Shown here piece by piece: positions 1 to 10,443 of a stretch of 32,000 nucleotides of DNA (position 1 is its first letter; each line of letters opens with the position of its first letter). Below the pieces are notes generated by a model, which worked only from the letters and a program-made list of their open reading frames with translations, was not told the origin of the DNA and made no database searches. The stretch lies in assembly GCF_000012805.1 (NCBI RefSeq), contig NC_007484.1, positions 2,826,883-2,858,882 of the forward strand, written 5' to 3'. Source of the stretch: Nitrosococcus oceani ATCC 19707 (lineage in GTDB: Bacteria > Pseudomonadota > Gammaproteobacteria > Nitrosococcales > Nitrosococcaceae). Position numbers and translations under genes: made by a program.

Positions 1-1262
1 AGCGTGGCAACAATAATTTTCAGGCTCTCGTATCCTGGAATAGGCAGTTTAAAATAGCGTCTTCCCAGGATCACACTCAGTACTAATGCCGACAGATAGG
101 CGCAAGCCGTTCCATAAGCGGCTCCCATGATGCCAAGCTTAGGAATCAGCCAGAGATTTAAGATTAAATTGATGGTGGCCGCTACCAACGCAATCCAAAC
201 CTGCGCTAGGGTGCGCTGACCAAGCTGGAAAGCCAAATCGAAATAATAAGCCTTGATACCAGCCAGGAATGAGGCCATTGCAATCCAGAAGCTAAGCGCT
301 ACCGCGGCTTTTCTGAATTCAATGCCAAGCACCACCTGGGCGATATTGGGCGCCAGAAGGATCAAGCCAACGGTAGCCGGCAAGGCGATACATAAAAGGC
401 CAATAGCATTTTTTTTCAGCTGTACTTGCGCAGCCCCCCAGCCTTCCTGCTCTAGTGCATGAACGGCAAGGGGATAAGCAGCTAAATGAACTACCATCAT
501 CAATACTCCCAGAATCTGGTGAGGCAGGTCATACCCCACCGCATACAGCCCTGCCGAATGAGACCCCTGCAACCATCCCAGCAGCAAGCGGTCTGAACTG
601 CTCACCACAAAAGTCAGCGCAAAAGTGGCAGTGAGGGGAAGACCATAGGAGATCAATTGCCCCATCAACTCTTTATCAACATAATAAGGGCTAAGATGAC
701 GCCATTCCTCTCGCGCCCAGATTACGATGGCAAGGATGAGCCCCCCAGTAAGTCCCCAGAGAACACCGGTTGCACCAAATCCCCACCAAGCAAGAATACT
801 GCCTAAGGTAAGCGAAGTCAGCGCCTTAGTGATAGCCAGCAACCCATAACGCTGGGGAGTCAGCTGGGAGGCAGTCATCTGTAGATGAGCATCAAAGAGA
901 GCCTGGGCCCATAAAAAAAGAATTCCTAAACCAATCAGCGATCGCATCTCGGGCTCTGGCCAAATACCCCACAAAACTAACCCTACCATTGCACTGAGCA
1001 ATACGACCATCAGATAACCAGCCGCCAAAGTAGAAAGAAACCTCGGTTTACAATCTCGATATCTTGCCAGATATCGCAAAAGCCCTAAGTTTAGCCATTG
1101 AAACAGGACTGCATTGGCGAGTCCTACCGCGGCAATGACAAGGGCGTAACGACCATATTCATCAGGGGCAAGCAAGCGCGTGTATACTGCTAGTGCAGCA
1201 AAATTAATCAGCCCAGGCAGACCACGGGCAAGGGTGTATAAGGCGCTATGTCGTAGTAACAT
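1..1262 (-). CDS. Polysaccharide biosynthesis / oligosaccharide flippase family membrane protein (Wzx/MOP-like), C-terminus cut by window edge
   Basis: Not in the supplied ORF track because it runs off the window. My own codon-by-codon reverse-strand translation from ATG 1262-1260 stays open for 420 codons down to position 1. It begins MLLRHSALYTLARGLPGLINFAALAVYTRLLAPDEYGRYALVIAAVGLANAVLFQWLNLGLLRYLARYRD and ends ...IPKLGIMGAAYGTACAYLSALVLSVILGRRYFKLPIPGYESLKIIVAT. The product is a very hydrophobic multi-helix protein whose N-terminus is typical of PST/Wzx exporters. Confidence 0.6.
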   Translation of the reverse strand, partial: MLLRHSALYTLARGLPGLINFAALAVYTRLLAPDEYGRYALVIAAVGLANAVLFQWLNLGLLRYLARYRDCKPRFLSTLAAGYLMVVLLSAMVGLVLWGIWPEPEMRSLIGLGILFLWAQALFDAHLQMTASQLTPQRYGLLAITKALTSLTLGSILAWWGFGATGVLWGLTGGLILAIVIWAREEWRHLSPYYVDKELMGQLISYGLPLTATFALTFVVSSSDRLLLGWLQGSHSAGLYAVGYDLPHQILGVLMMVVHLAAYPLAVHALEQEGWGAAQVQLKKNAIGLLCIALPATVGLILLAPNIAQVVLGIEFRKAAVALSFWIAMASFLAGIKAYYFDLAFQLGQRTLAQVWIALVAATINLILNLWLIPKLGIMGAAYGTACAYLSALVLSVILGRRYFKLPIPGYESLKIIVAT

Positions 1263-1456
1263 AGGAGAAACCTACCCCTATCTTCAAGTGGCTCTGGTTA
1301 GACAAGATACGCCAAAATAGCTTAGAAAAGCCTTGGAATAGCCGCAATCAGTGGGTACCGAGCGGTAAAAATCAATTAAAGAGAGTTCATGGCGGTAGCC
1401 GGTTAATCACACCTCTGCAACGATTCCATGATACTTTATTATTCGCCCCCCCGCAG

Positions 1457-2095
1457 TCACACTTGAACCATAGGCTTAACCGGTTTAGCCGCTCCCTCAG
1501 GGATAATACCTCGGCATTTTAGTAAATGGATAACCATCTCTACATTTTCTTCCACGGCATGGGAGCCTGTATCAACCACTAATTCTGGCCTTTCTGGTTC
1601 TTCATAGGGGGAGGAGATTCCGGTAAATTCAGAAATCTCTCCAGCACGGGCTCGCCGATAAAGGCCCTTCACATCCCGCTGCTCACAGATGGCAAGAGAG
1701 GCTCGGCAGTAAATTTCCAGAAAATCGCCTTCGGCCACTAAATCCCGTACCCTCTGACGATCTCGCCGAAATGGAGAAATAAATGCTGTCAGAGCAATGA
1801 CCCCGGCGTCCACAAAAAGCTTACACATTGCTCCGATACGGCGGATATTCTCGGCCCGATCCTCTTCAGAAAAACCTAAATCGGTACATAGTCCATGACG
1901 CACGTTATCACCATCGAAGACAAAAGTCTGGCATCCCATTTGGAAAAGCCGTGCCTCAACCGCATGAGCTAACGTGGACTTACCCGCGCCAGAAAGGCCG
2001 GTAAACCATAAAATCGTGCTCTTGTGATCATTTAGCCGTTCTCGATCCGTGCGCCTAACGATAGGCTTATGCCATACAGTGTTACTCGAAGGCAT
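1457..2095 (-). CDS. cysC: Adenylylsulfate (APS) kinase
   Basis: 212-aa ORF with the P-loop GLSGAGKST and full-length APS-kinase character ([21 protein letters not shown]). Confidence 0.9.
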   Translation of the reverse strand: MPSSNTVWHKPIVRRTDRERLNDHKSTILWFTGLSGAGKSTLAHAVEARLFQMGCQTFVFDGDNVRHGLCTDLGFSEEDRAENIRRIGAMCKLFVDAGVIALTAFISPFRRDRQRVRDLVAEGDFLEIYCRASLAICEQRDVKGLYRRARAGEISEFTGISSPYEEPERPELVVDTGSHAVEENVEMVIHLLKCRGIIPEGAAKPVKPMVQV

Positions 2096-2328
2096 GATTT
2101 TCCCTTCCGTAAAAATTATGATCGAATATCCCTTCCCTATGAAGGTGCATAGCAGGAACAGTATTAACCGATCCTGGCATTGTCAACCCACTTGTTAGCG
2201 CTTTTAAGACTAGAAGCATTAACCTTTCAAGCCAGAAGGAGGTACGATAATATTTGTCGGCAAATCAAGAGGACTTGCCCCATAATAAAAATTAAAACCC
2301 AAATTTATAAGCCATGATGCGATAATAT

Positions 2329-2340
2329 GGTGGTAGCTTG
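2329..2340 (+). promoter_or_regulatory. ops-like element (GGTGGTAGCTTG), candidate RfaH recruitment site in the manC leader
   Basis: Matches 11 of 12 positions of the ops consensus GGCGGTAGnnTG, with C3 replaced by T. It is on the sense (non-template) strand, 26 nt upstream of manC ATG 2366, and rfaH is the next gene downstream. Confidence 0.3.
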
Positions 2341-2365
2341 ATTGATGCAATTTAAGGATAATACT

Positions 2366-3835
2366 ATGCGTCTGCAACCTGTAGTGCTTTCGGGCGGTTC
2401 AGGAACACGTCTTTGGCCTCTCTCCAGGGAGCATTTTCCTAAGCAGCTTTTGCCCTTAGTGGGAAGCCGTACTATGCTCCAAAACACTGTCACTCGGCTT
2501 AACGATGGTTTCTTCAAGTTTCCATTGCTCTCTCCCCTGGTCGTGTGTAACGAAGAACATCGTTTCTTGGTTGCTGAACAAATGCGGCAAATCGAGGTGA
2601 TTCCCCGCCAGCTCATCCTAGAGCCCTTTGGCCGCAATACTGCGCCTGCCCTTACCTTGGCTGCGTTTTCCGCTTTGGAAGCGGGTGAGGATTGTATTTT
2701 ATTGGTGATGCCAGCAGATCACATTATCGCTGACATCCCAGCATTCCAAGCTGCAGTTCAAACGGGATATCAGTTAGCCCAAAACAATCATGTAGTGACC
2801 TTTGGCATTGTTCCCACTCGTGCCGAGACAGGGTATGGCTATATTGAAATGGGTCAACCGCTACCCATAATGGCAATGGACTCAGCGTCTATACCAAAAG
2901 CCTTTAGGATAAAGGCTTTTGTGGAGAAACCGGATCAGGAAACCGCACAGAACTATTTACAATCGGCTAACCATTTGTGGAATAGTGGCATGTTCATGCT
3001 TCGGGCCTCCATATGGATAAAAGAAATTGCAGCCCATGCCTCTGAGATCGAACGGGCCTGCCATCAAGCTATCACAGAGGGAAGCCAAGATGGCGATTTT
3101 TTTCGAATTAAACACGCTGCATTTGAGACTTGCCCCAGCAACTCCATTGATTATGCAGTGATGGAGAAACTTACTACAGAAAAAGAAAATCACCCTTCTG
3201 TCGTGGTTTCCTTGGATGCTGGCTGGTCTGATGTAGGAGCATGGCCTAGTCTGCTAGAGGCTAGTCCGCGAGACCAAGACGGTAATATGGCCCGGGGTGA
3301 TGTTTATCTCGAAAACTCTCGAAATACCTTGCTTCTGGCGGAACATCGTATGGTAGCTGGCATTGGCCTTAAAGACCTCATGGTTATCGAGACATCGGAT
3401 GCGGTGCTCGTGGTCCATAAGGAACATGCCCAGCACGTCAAAAATGTAGTATCTCAGCTTAAAGAGGCGGGACGAGAGGAGCACATTAAGCACCGAAAAG
3501 TGTATCGTCCGTGGGGTTGTTACGAAAGCATCGATTACGGCACCCGGTTCCAGGTTAAGCGGATCACGGTAAACCCTGGCGCTTCCCTCTCTTTACAAAT
3601 GCATCATCATCGGGCCGAACACTGGATCGTTGTCAAAGGAACGGCACGGATTATTCGGGATAATGAAACCACCCTGCTTTCTGAAAACCAATCGACCTAT
3701 ATCCCGCTAGGCGTCAAACATCGCCTGGAAAATCCTGGCAAGCTGCCTTTAGAAATTATCGAAGTTCAATCAGGGAGTTATTTAGGAGAAGACGATATTG
3801 TCTGTTTCGAAGACCATTATGGCCGAGTCGGGTAA
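2366..3835 (+). CDS. manC: Bifunctional mannose-1-phosphate guanylyltransferase / mannose-6-phosphate isomerase (type II PMI)
   Basis: Has the N-terminal nucleotidyltransferase motif VVLSGGSGTRLWPLSR and a C-terminal cupin (QMHHHRAEHWIVVKGTA, YIPLGVKHRLENPG). The ORF track starts at TTG 2342. ATG 2366 (MRLQPVVLSGG) is preceded by AAGGA at 2353-2357 and fits family N-termini better. Confidence 0.9.
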   Translation: MRLQPVVLSGGSGTRLWPLSREHFPKQLLPLVGSRTMLQNTVTRLNDGFFKFPLLSPLVVCNEEHRFLVAEQMRQIEVIPRQLILEPFGRNTAPALTLAAFSALEAGEDCILLVMPADHIIADIPAFQAAVQTGYQLAQNNHVVTFGIVPTRAETGYGYIEMGQPLPIMAMDSASIPKAFRIKAFVEKPDQETAQNYLQSANHLWNSGMFMLRASIWIKEIAAHASEIERACHQAITEGSQDGDFFRIKHAAFETCPSNSIDYAVMEKLTTEKENHPSVVVSLDAGWSDVGAWPSLLEASPRDQDGNMARGDVYLENSRNTLLLAEHRMVAGIGLKDLMVIETSDAVLVVHKEHAQHVKNVVSQLKEAGREEHIKHRKVYRPWGCYESIDYGTRFQVKRITVNPGASLSLQMHHHRAEHWIVVKGTARIIRDNETTLLSENQSTYIPLGVKHRLENPGKLPLEIIEVQSGSYLGEDDIVCFEDHYGRVG

Positions 3836-4019
3836 TGCACCCCCGGATAAGCGCTTTTAAAAATAACAATTTTGCACTGAGGCCAAAAAAATATGCTTGA
3901 AAAACACGGTACATGGGGCTCATAGGTAATGCTTCGGCACTAAAGAGCTCTTTTGAAATGGCTTCCGGGAACGATATCCATAGATCATAGGCCGCACCAA
4001 TTAAGCGAATAATTCAGAA

Positions 4020-4544
4020 ATGGAATCTTCACCTTCTTCTAAGAAATTTTGGTATCTCATTTATTGTAAGCCGCGGCAAGAACGCTTGGCTCAGGAAAAC
4101 CTCGAGCGCCAGAATTTTGAAACCTACCTTCCCCTTGTACGACAGATGCGCCGCCGCGCATACCGGCGTATAGCAACGGTTGAGCCACTCTTTCCCCGTT
4201 ACCTATTTATCCACCTAGATACTGAAAAGGACAATTGGGGCTCAATACGATCCACGATTGGAGTCATTTCTCTAGTCCGATTTGGAGCCCAACCGGCCCA
4301 CGTGCCAGATACGCTAATCCGCGAATTGCAAACCCATGAGGGCTCCGATGGTATTCAGGATTTAGCAAGTCCCGACTTTCGAAAGGGGCAACAAGTCCTA
4401 GTCGAAGAAGGGTTGCTAGCGGGGCATGAAGGCATCTGGCTTACTTCCAACGGAAAAAAACGGGCTCATATTCTGCTGGAAATCATGGGTAAGCAAATTA
4501 AAACCGAGGTGAACGAAAATTGGCTGAAGCGCCTGGAACCCTAG
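4020..4544 (+). CDS. rfaH: RfaH-type transcription antiterminator (NusG paralog)
   Basis: 174 aa. WYLIYCKPRQERLAQENLERQNFETYLPL, EPLFPRYLFIHLD and VRFGAQPAHVP align along the whole length with my recollection of E. coli RfaH. A KOW-like C-terminal half is present. Confidence 0.85.
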   Translation: MESSPSSKKFWYLIYCKPRQERLAQENLERQNFETYLPLVRQMRRRAYRRIATVEPLFPRYLFIHLDTEKDNWGSIRSTIGVISLVRFGAQPAHVPDTLIRELQTHEGSDGIQDLASPDFRKGQQVLVEEGLLAGHEGIWLTSNGKKRAHILLEIMGKQIKTEVNENWLKRLEP

Positions 4545-5096
4545 TTAATACATGCCCGTCTGGATCTTAGCAGCCTCAGACATCATGCTGTAATTCCACG
4601 GCGGATCGAAAACCAATTCGACATTAGCCACCCCGATAGCGGGAATAGCCTCAACTTTTTCCTTTACATCCTGTACTAGAACTTCACCCATTCCACAGCC
4701 AGGAGCGGTTAAAGTCATCTTGATATCCACTTCCTTTTGCCCTTCAGGCAAGGAAGAAATGGAACACTCATAAACCAAGCCTAGATCTACGATATTGATG
4801 GGAATTTCAGGATCAAAGCAAGTTTTCATCTGCTCCCAGGCTAGCTTTTCAAGATCTTCCTCAGAAGCATTCTCTGGTAATTCAGGAGGTGCAACCGGTT
4901 CTAAACCCAAGGCATCAGCATCTTTACCTTCTATCCGGGCCAAATTCCCACTCACATAAACAGTATAGCTTCCTCCCAGATCCTGGGCAATCACCACTTC
5001 CGTATCTTTAGGGATAATAACCTTATCAGCCATCGGTACTAGCACGGCCTCGCAATCACGGTTCAGAACAATAGGCTCACGATTATACATATTCAT
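4545..5096 (-). CDS. sufT: SufT-like Fe-S assembly protein (long form, C-terminal DUF59/MIP18 domain)
   Basis: 183 aa and the last gene of the suf operon. The C-terminal half (CFDPEIPINIVDLGLVY...LTAPGCGMG) is a typical DUF59. Confidence 0.75.
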   Translation of the reverse strand: MNMYNREPIVLNRDCEAVLVPMADKVIIPKDTEVVIAQDLGGSYTVYVSGNLARIEGKDADALGLEPVAPPELPENASEEDLEKLAWEQMKTCFDPEIPINIVDLGLVYECSISSLPEGQKEVDIKMTLTAPGCGMGEVLVQDVKEKVEAIPAIGVANVELVFDPPWNYSMMSEAAKIQTGMY

Positions 5097-5113
5097 TTCT
5101 CCCTTGAAGGGGG

Positions 5114-5566
5114 CTACTCCGTCGTCGCCATCTTATTTTCATGTGCCAGGGCGGCATGCAAAGTATGCCATGCAAGCGTCGCGCACTTCACGCGCATGGG
5201 GAACGCCTTAACACCAGCGAGCACCCCTAGTTTTCCCAAGGAGAGTCCTTCTTCTCTATGAGTCGACTCATCCGTCACCAAGTCATGAAATTTACCGAAC
5301 AAGCCTTCAGCTTCCTGGGAACTCTTGCCTTTAAGAGATTCGGTCATTAGCGATGCCGAAGCTATAGAGATGGCGCACCCCTCACCCTGAAAGCTCACAT
5401 CCTCAATAATTCCATTATGCATTTTAAGAAAGACGGTTACCCGATCTCCGCATAGGGGATTATGGCCATCAGCCTGAAAATCTGCATTTTCCATGGAATG
5501 AAAATTCCGCGGCCTCTTTCTATGATCCAGGATGACCTCTTGATATAAATCTAGCAGTTCGCTCAT
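5114..5566 (-). CDS. sufU: SUF-system NifU/IscU-like protein (SufU-type sulfur acceptor/scaffold)
   Basis: 150 aa with three conserved Cys contexts: NPLCGDRV, GEGCAISIASAS and VKCATLAWH. Its start overlaps the sufS stop by 1 nt (TAATG). Confidence 0.8.
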   Translation of the reverse strand: MSELLDLYQEVILDHRKRPRNFHSMENADFQADGHNPLCGDRVTVFLKMHNGIIEDVSFQGEGCAISIASASLMTESLKGKSSQEAEGLFGKFHDLVTDESTHREEGLSLGKLGVLAGVKAFPMRVKCATLAWHTLHAALAHENKMATTE

Positions 5567-6831
5567 TATCCCAATAACTCTCCTACCCGCTTAATTCCAG
5601 CTGCCAGAACATCCATTTCAGCCTTAGTATTGTAAAATGCTAGGGAGGCTCTTGCCGTTGCGGGAATATTAAAACGTTCCATTACCGGCTGGGCGCAATG
5701 ATGTCCTGTGCGAATGGCAATACCTTCATGATCAAGAATGGTACCGATATCATGAGGATGGACGCCCTCCAAGACAAAGGATAATACCCCTACTTTTTCT
5801 TGGGCTGTGCCAATAAAACGCAGTCCGGGAACTTGAGCCAGAACCTCTGTCCCATAGTTAAGCAATTCCTGCTCATAGGCCGCAATGTTTTCCATCCCTA
5901 GGGTCTCTAGATAATCTATCGCTACACCCAGGCCAATGGCTCCAGCGATATGAGGAGTTCCCGCCTCGAACTTATAGGGGAGATCGCTATAAAGCGTTTT
6001 ATCAAAACTTACCGACAGAATCATATCTCCGCCGCCCTGATAAGGAGGCATAGCTTCTAGCCATTCGCGCTTGCCATAGAGCACGCCAATACCTGTGGGT
6101 CCTACCATTTTATGAGCTGAAAAAGCGTAAAAATCACAGTCCAGCTCCTGGACATCCACGGGCATGTGGGGAACAGTCTGGGCCCCATCTAGCAACACCG
6201 GAATCCCACGGGCATGGGCTAGCTCAATGATTTTTTGTGCTGGATTGATAGTTCCCAAAACATTAGAAGCATGCACCATGGCTACCAGCCGGGTGCGAGG
6301 TGACAAACACCTCTCGTACTCATCTAAAAGCAATTCCCCGGTATCATCGATAGGAACGACTTTAAGCACTGCCCCCGTCTGCTCGCATAGGAGCTGCCAC
6401 GGCACAATGTTAGAGTGATGCTCCATATGGGAGAGCAGAATTTCATCACCCGCTTGCAACCGGCTTCGGCCGAAGCTTTGGGCGACTAAATTGATTGCTT
6501 CGGTAGTGCCCCGTACAAACACAATTTCTTCCCGCCGAGCAGCGTTAATAAAGTGTTGCACTTTATTCCTCGCCGCCTCGTATGCTTGGGTCGCCCGTTC
6601 GCTAAGTTGATGCACAGCACGGTGGATATTGGCATTATCCCAACGGTAATAGTGATCAATCGCCTCAGTAACTTGTCTAGGTTTTTGCATAGTCGCCGCA
6701 TTATCTAGATACACCAAAGGCTTCCCATGTACTTCCTGTTGCAAAACAGGGAAGTCAGCGCGGGCCCGCTCAATCTCAAAAGGGACACTTGCTATAGGTA
6801 CTTCAGCTGCGATGTTTGCAATGGTCATCAA
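5566..6831 (-). CDS. sufS: Cysteine desulfurase, SufS type (class V aminotransferase)
   Basis: 421 aa with the PLP-lysine context [13 protein letters not shown] and the active-site loop RTGHHCAQP. It overlaps the sufD stop by 4 nt. Confidence 0.92.
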   Translation of the reverse strand: MMTIANIAAEVPIASVPFEIERARADFPVLQQEVHGKPLVYLDNAATMQKPRQVTEAIDHYYRWDNANIHRAVHQLSERATQAYEAARNKVQHFINAARREEIVFVRGTTEAINLVAQSFGRSRLQAGDEILLSHMEHHSNIVPWQLLCEQTGAVLKVVPIDDTGELLLDEYERCLSPRTRLVAMVHASNVLGTINPAQKIIELAHARGIPVLLDGAQTVPHMPVDVQELDCDFYAFSAHKMVGPTGIGVLYGKREWLEAMPPYQGGGDMILSVSFDKTLYSDLPYKFEAGTPHIAGAIGLGVAIDYLETLGMENIAAYEQELLNYGTEVLAQVPGLRFIGTAQEKVGVLSFVLEGVHPHDIGTILDHEGIAIRTGHHCAQPVMERFNIPATARASLAFYNTKAEMDVLAAGIKRVGELLG

Positions 6832-8168
6832 CCCACCTCCTTGCGCTGTGGTTCAGAAAATTGTGCGCTTAATCTATGTTCGATACGGGCGCGGATAGGA
6901 CGTAGTTTGATGCGCCTAACAATTTCTTCGACAAAAGCATAGGTCAAGAGCTGGCGCGCTGCATCCTCTTCCATCCCGCGGGAGCGAAGATAGAAAATTT
7001 GATCTTTATCCAATTGTCCGACCGTGGCCCCATGAGCACACTTAACATCGTCAGCGTAGATTTCAAGTTCTGGTTTGGTATCGACTTCAGCCCCTTCAGA
7101 CAGCAGCAAATTGCGGTTGGCCTGGCGGGCATCCGCTTTTTGCGCATGAGGGTGAACAATCACTTTGCCATTAAAGACTGCCCGCGATTTACCATCTAAA
7201 ATTCCTTTGTAGAATTCCTGGCTAGTGGTATGTGGCTGTTGATGGTCAACTCTCGTATGGTTATCTACGTGACGTACACCATCTAAAACATAGAGTCCCT
7301 CCAAAATGCACCCGGCGCCCTCCCCTGCCAATACGCTATTGATATCGTTGCGGGCTAACCGCCCCCCCAAAGCCAGATTACGGGAAAGAAACTGCGCATC
7401 CTGTTCCTGCTGGACCTGTATCGTAGCAATATGAAAGCTTTTAGCCGATTCCTCTTGCAATTTGATATGCTCAACATTAGCCCCCTTTCCCGCGGCTATT
7501 TCGGTGACCGTATTCGTGAAATATACGGCATCATTTAACCCAGCATAGTGCTCAATAACCGTCAGTTCACTCTCCGGCTCGAGAACTATCAAATTACGGG
7601 AGTGAGTCACGACGGCTTCGCTACGCCCCGTAGTCAGGAATATCAGATGTACCGGCTTGGCCAGTACGGTCCTGGGGGGTAAATAAAGATAAGCGCCATC
7701 GGCCATGAAGGCAGTATTAAGCGCGGTGAAAGGCTGGTTTTGATAGTCCGCATAACTGGCCAATACCCCGCGCAGGCTTTCCCCCTGCTGTTTGAAACAG
7801 CCGGCTAAATTGCCCACCACCGTACCAGCCGGGAGATCTTCAATCTCTGATAACCCCGGAGCAAAGCAACCATCAACAAATACCAACCGAAAACAGGGCG
7901 TCTCTGCTAAAAAATACCTTTGACATTGCTCTAAACTGACCGCTACCGATGAAGAAACCGCCGAGTTAAATGCAGTCTCGGCCAGCGCACGGACTCGCGT
8001 ATATTTCCAATCCTCATTCTTGAGACCAGGAAAGCCGAGGGAGATAAAACGGGCCAATGCCTGCTGGCGTAATTCTCGCAGCCAGGGTAGATTCGCCCCC
8101 GCCAGATCCGGTTCCAGGCGGGCATAGGAATCCACATAGGGCTGCCAGGCCTCACTGATCCCCTTCAT
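6828..8168 (-). CDS. sufD: Fe-S cluster assembly protein SufD
   Basis: 446 aa between sufC and sufS with a SufB/SufD-family C-terminal region ([23 protein letters not shown]). It overlaps the sufC stop by 4 nt. Confidence 0.9.
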   Translation of the reverse strand: MKGISEAWQPYVDSYARLEPDLAGANLPWLRELRQQALARFISLGFPGLKNEDWKYTRVRALAETAFNSAVSSSVAVSLEQCQRYFLAETPCFRLVFVDGCFAPGLSEIEDLPAGTVVGNLAGCFKQQGESLRGVLASYADYQNQPFTALNTAFMADGAYLYLPPRTVLAKPVHLIFLTTGRSEAVVTHSRNLIVLEPESELTVIEHYAGLNDAVYFTNTVTEIAAGKGANVEHIKLQEESAKSFHIATIQVQQEQDAQFLSRNLALGGRLARNDINSVLAGEGAGCILEGLYVLDGVRHVDNHTRVDHQQPHTTSQEFYKGILDGKSRAVFNGKVIVHPHAQKADARQANRNLLLSEGAEVDTKPELEIYADDVKCAHGATVGQLDKDQIFYLRSRGMEEDAARQLLTYAFVEEIVRRIKLRPIRARIEHRLSAQFSEPQRKEVG

Positions 8169-8941
8169 AATGCGGCCGCCCCCGCCGGAGTGGCACCTTC
8201 ACCTTGCTCAATCCAACCGTAACCTTCCTTCTCCAGTTCCAGAGCTAACGTTTTATCTCCAGATTTCACGATACGGCCCAGGGAAAGTACATGGACATAA
8301 TCTGGCACAATGTAATCTAGGAGGCGCTGGTAATGAGTCACAAGGATAAGCCCCCGCTCTGAACTCCGCAGGGCATTGACTCCATCGGCAACAATCTTAA
8401 GGGCATCGATATCCAACCCTGAATCGGTCTCATCCAAAATCGCCAATGCGGGCTCCAAAACCGCCATCTGCAAAATCTCGTTACGTTTCTTTTCCCCTCC
8501 TGAGAAGCCTTCATTAACCGCCCGCTGCAGGAAACTTTCGTCCATTTTCACCAGTTTCATTTTTTCCCGCACTAGAGTTAAAAAATCTATGGCATCAAGC
8601 TCAGGAAGTCCACGGTGCTTGCGCACAGCATTCAAAGCCGTTTTCAACAAATAGACATTGCTTACGCCAGGAATTTCCACGGGATATTGGAAAGCCAGGA
8701 AAACTCCCGCGCAAGCACGCTCTTCCGGGGCTAAATTCAATAAATTCTGGCCTTGATAGAGAACCTCCCCCGCAGTTACTTCGTAACCCTCGCGTCCCGC
8801 CAGCACATTTGCCAAGGTACTCTTGCCCGAACCATTGGGTCCCATAATGGCATGTACCTCGCCGGGATTCACTTGCAAATCAATACCCCGCAAGATGGGT
8901 TTATCATCCACCTGGGTATGTAAGTTTCTGATAGTTAGCAT
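8165..8941 (-). CDS. sufC: Fe-S cluster assembly ATPase SufC
   Basis: 258 aa with Walker [13 protein letters not shown] signature FSGGEKKR and Walker [11 protein letters not shown]. Confidence 0.95.
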   Translation of the reverse strand: MLTIRNLHTQVDDKPILRGIDLQVNPGEVHAIMGPNGSGKSTLANVLAGREGYEVTAGEVLYQGQNLLNLAPEERACAGVFLAFQYPVEIPGVSNVYLLKTALNAVRKHRGLPELDAIDFLTLVREKMKLVKMDESFLQRAVNEGFSGGEKKRNEILQMAVLEPALAILDETDSGLDIDALKIVADGVNALRSSERGLILVTHYQRLLDYIVPDYVHVLSLGRIVKSGDKTLALELEKEGYGWIEQGEGATPAGAAAL

Positions 8942-8979
8942 TTAAGAAAACCTCTTACTCTCATGCAGGCCAATAACGT

Positions 8980-10428
8980 TTAGCCTACTGCTCCTTCCAG
9001 GCTCACGCTCAATAGGTTTCGGGCTTCTACCGCAAACTCCATGGGCAATTCCTTGAAGACTTCCTTACAAAAGCCATTCACAATCATGGAAATGGCATCC
9101 TCGGCGGAGATTCCCCGCTGTTTACAGTAAAACAGCTGATCCTCGCTAATCTTAGAGGTCGATGCTTCATGCTCCACCTGCGCCGAAGGGTGTTTTACCT
9201 CGATATAGGGGAACGTATGGGCACCGCACCGATCTCCTAACAGGAGAGAATCACACTGAGTATAATTACGTGCGCCTACGGCAGTGGGGGTTACCCGCAC
9301 CAATCCCCGATAGGCATTTTGTCCTTGCCCAGCAGAAATTCCTTTAGAAATAATAGTGCTACGGGTATTCCGTCCCATATGAATCATCTTGGTGCCCGTA
9401 TCCGCTTGCTGGAAATTATTGGTAAGGGCAACCGAGTAGAATTCCCCCACCGAGTTATCTCCTTGCAGAATAACGCTCGGGTATTTCCACGTGATGGCTG
9501 AGCCAGTTTCTACCTGAGTCCAAGAGATTTTGGCGTTTGCTCCCCGGCATGCCCCTCGTTTAGTCACAAAATTGTAGATTCCACCCCGGCCTTCTTCATC
9601 GCCTGGATACCAATTTTGTACCGTGGAATATTTAATTTCGGCATCACCCAAGGCCACAAGCTCTACCACTGCGGCATGAAGCTGGTTCTCATCACGCATC
9701 GGAGCGGTACAGCCTTCGAGGTAGCTAACATGGGCGCCTTCATCGGCAATGATAAGCGTGCGCTCAAATTGGCCCGTTTGGGCGGCGTTGATGCGGAAAT
9801 AGGTGGACAGCTCTAGGGGACAGCGAACCCCCTTAGGCACATAGACGAAAGAACCATCACTAAAAACGGCTGAATTTAAAGCGGCATAAAAATTATCCCG
9901 GTAGGGTACTACCGTGCCAAGATATTTTTCTACCAATTCGGGATAGTCCCGTACCGCCTCGGAAAAAGGGCAGAAAATTACGCCTGCCTCAGATAGTTTC
10001 TCCTTGAAAGTAGTCGCTACCGAAACGCTGTCAAAAACCGCATCCACGGCAACTCCCGCAAGCCTCGCCCGTTCATGCAGCGGTACCCCGAGTTTCTCAT
10101 AGGTTTCAAGTAATTTTGGATCGACTTCATCCAAACTTTTAGGGCCATCTTTTTTTGACTTGGGCGCGGAATAATAAATAATGGATTGATAATCCACAGG
10201 CGGATAATGCACATGCGCCCACTCCGGCGTTTTCATCTCCAGCCAATGACGGTAGGCTTTGAGGCGCCATTCCAGCATAAACTCTGGCTCATTCTTCTTG
10301 CTAGAGATAAGGCGAATAACGTTTTCATTGAGTCCTGGTGGAATAGAATCCGCCTCAATATCGGTGACAAAACCAGCCCGATATTCTTTTTGAACAAGAT
10401 TTTCAACCTTAAGGGTCGAATTAGTCAT
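8980..10428 (-). CDS. sufB: Fe-S cluster assembly scaffold SufB
   Basis: 482 aa with full-length SufB character ([30 protein letters not shown]). Confidence 0.95.
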   Translation of the reverse strand: MTNSTLKVENLVQKEYRAGFVTDIEADSIPPGLNENVIRLISSKKNEPEFMLEWRLKAYRHWLEMKTPEWAHVHYPPVDYQSIIYYSAPKSKKDGPKSLDEVDPKLLETYEKLGVPLHERARLAGVAVDAVFDSVSVATTFKEKLSEAGVIFCPFSEAVRDYPELVEKYLGTVVPYRDNFYAALNSAVFSDGSFVYVPKGVRCPLELSTYFRINAAQTGQFERTLIIADEGAHVSYLEGCTAPMRDENQLHAAVVELVALGDAEIKYSTVQNWYPGDEEGRGGIYNFVTKRGACRGANAKISWTQVETGSAITWKYPSVILQGDNSVGEFYSVALTNNFQQADTGTKMIHMGRNTRSTIISKGISAGQGQNAYRGLVRVTPTAVGARNYTQCDSLLLGDRCGAHTFPYIEVKHPSAQVEHEASTSKISEDQLFYCKQRGISAEDAISMIVNGFCKEVFKELPMEFAVEARNLLSVSLEGAVG

Positions 10429-10443
10429 AGCCTACTCCCGCAG

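Noticed and set aside
253-462. 69-aa plus-strand ORF near the left end.
   Set aside because: It lies antisense within the 420-codon open flippase frame, which I verified by hand, and has no start context.
1391-1398. Exact ops core GGCGGTAG (GGCGGTAGCCGG) in the cysC-flippase intergenic region.
   Set aside because: It is on the plus strand while both flanking genes are transcribed on the minus strand, so it would be in the template strand. It also lacks the TG at positions 11-12. About one chance 8-mer hit is expected in 64 kb of two-strand sequence.
2305-2637. 110-aa minus-strand ORF overlapping the manC start region.
   Set aside because: It is antisense to the well-supported manC N-terminus (GGSGTRLWPLS) and has an Arg/Ser/Cys-rich, non-protein-like composition.
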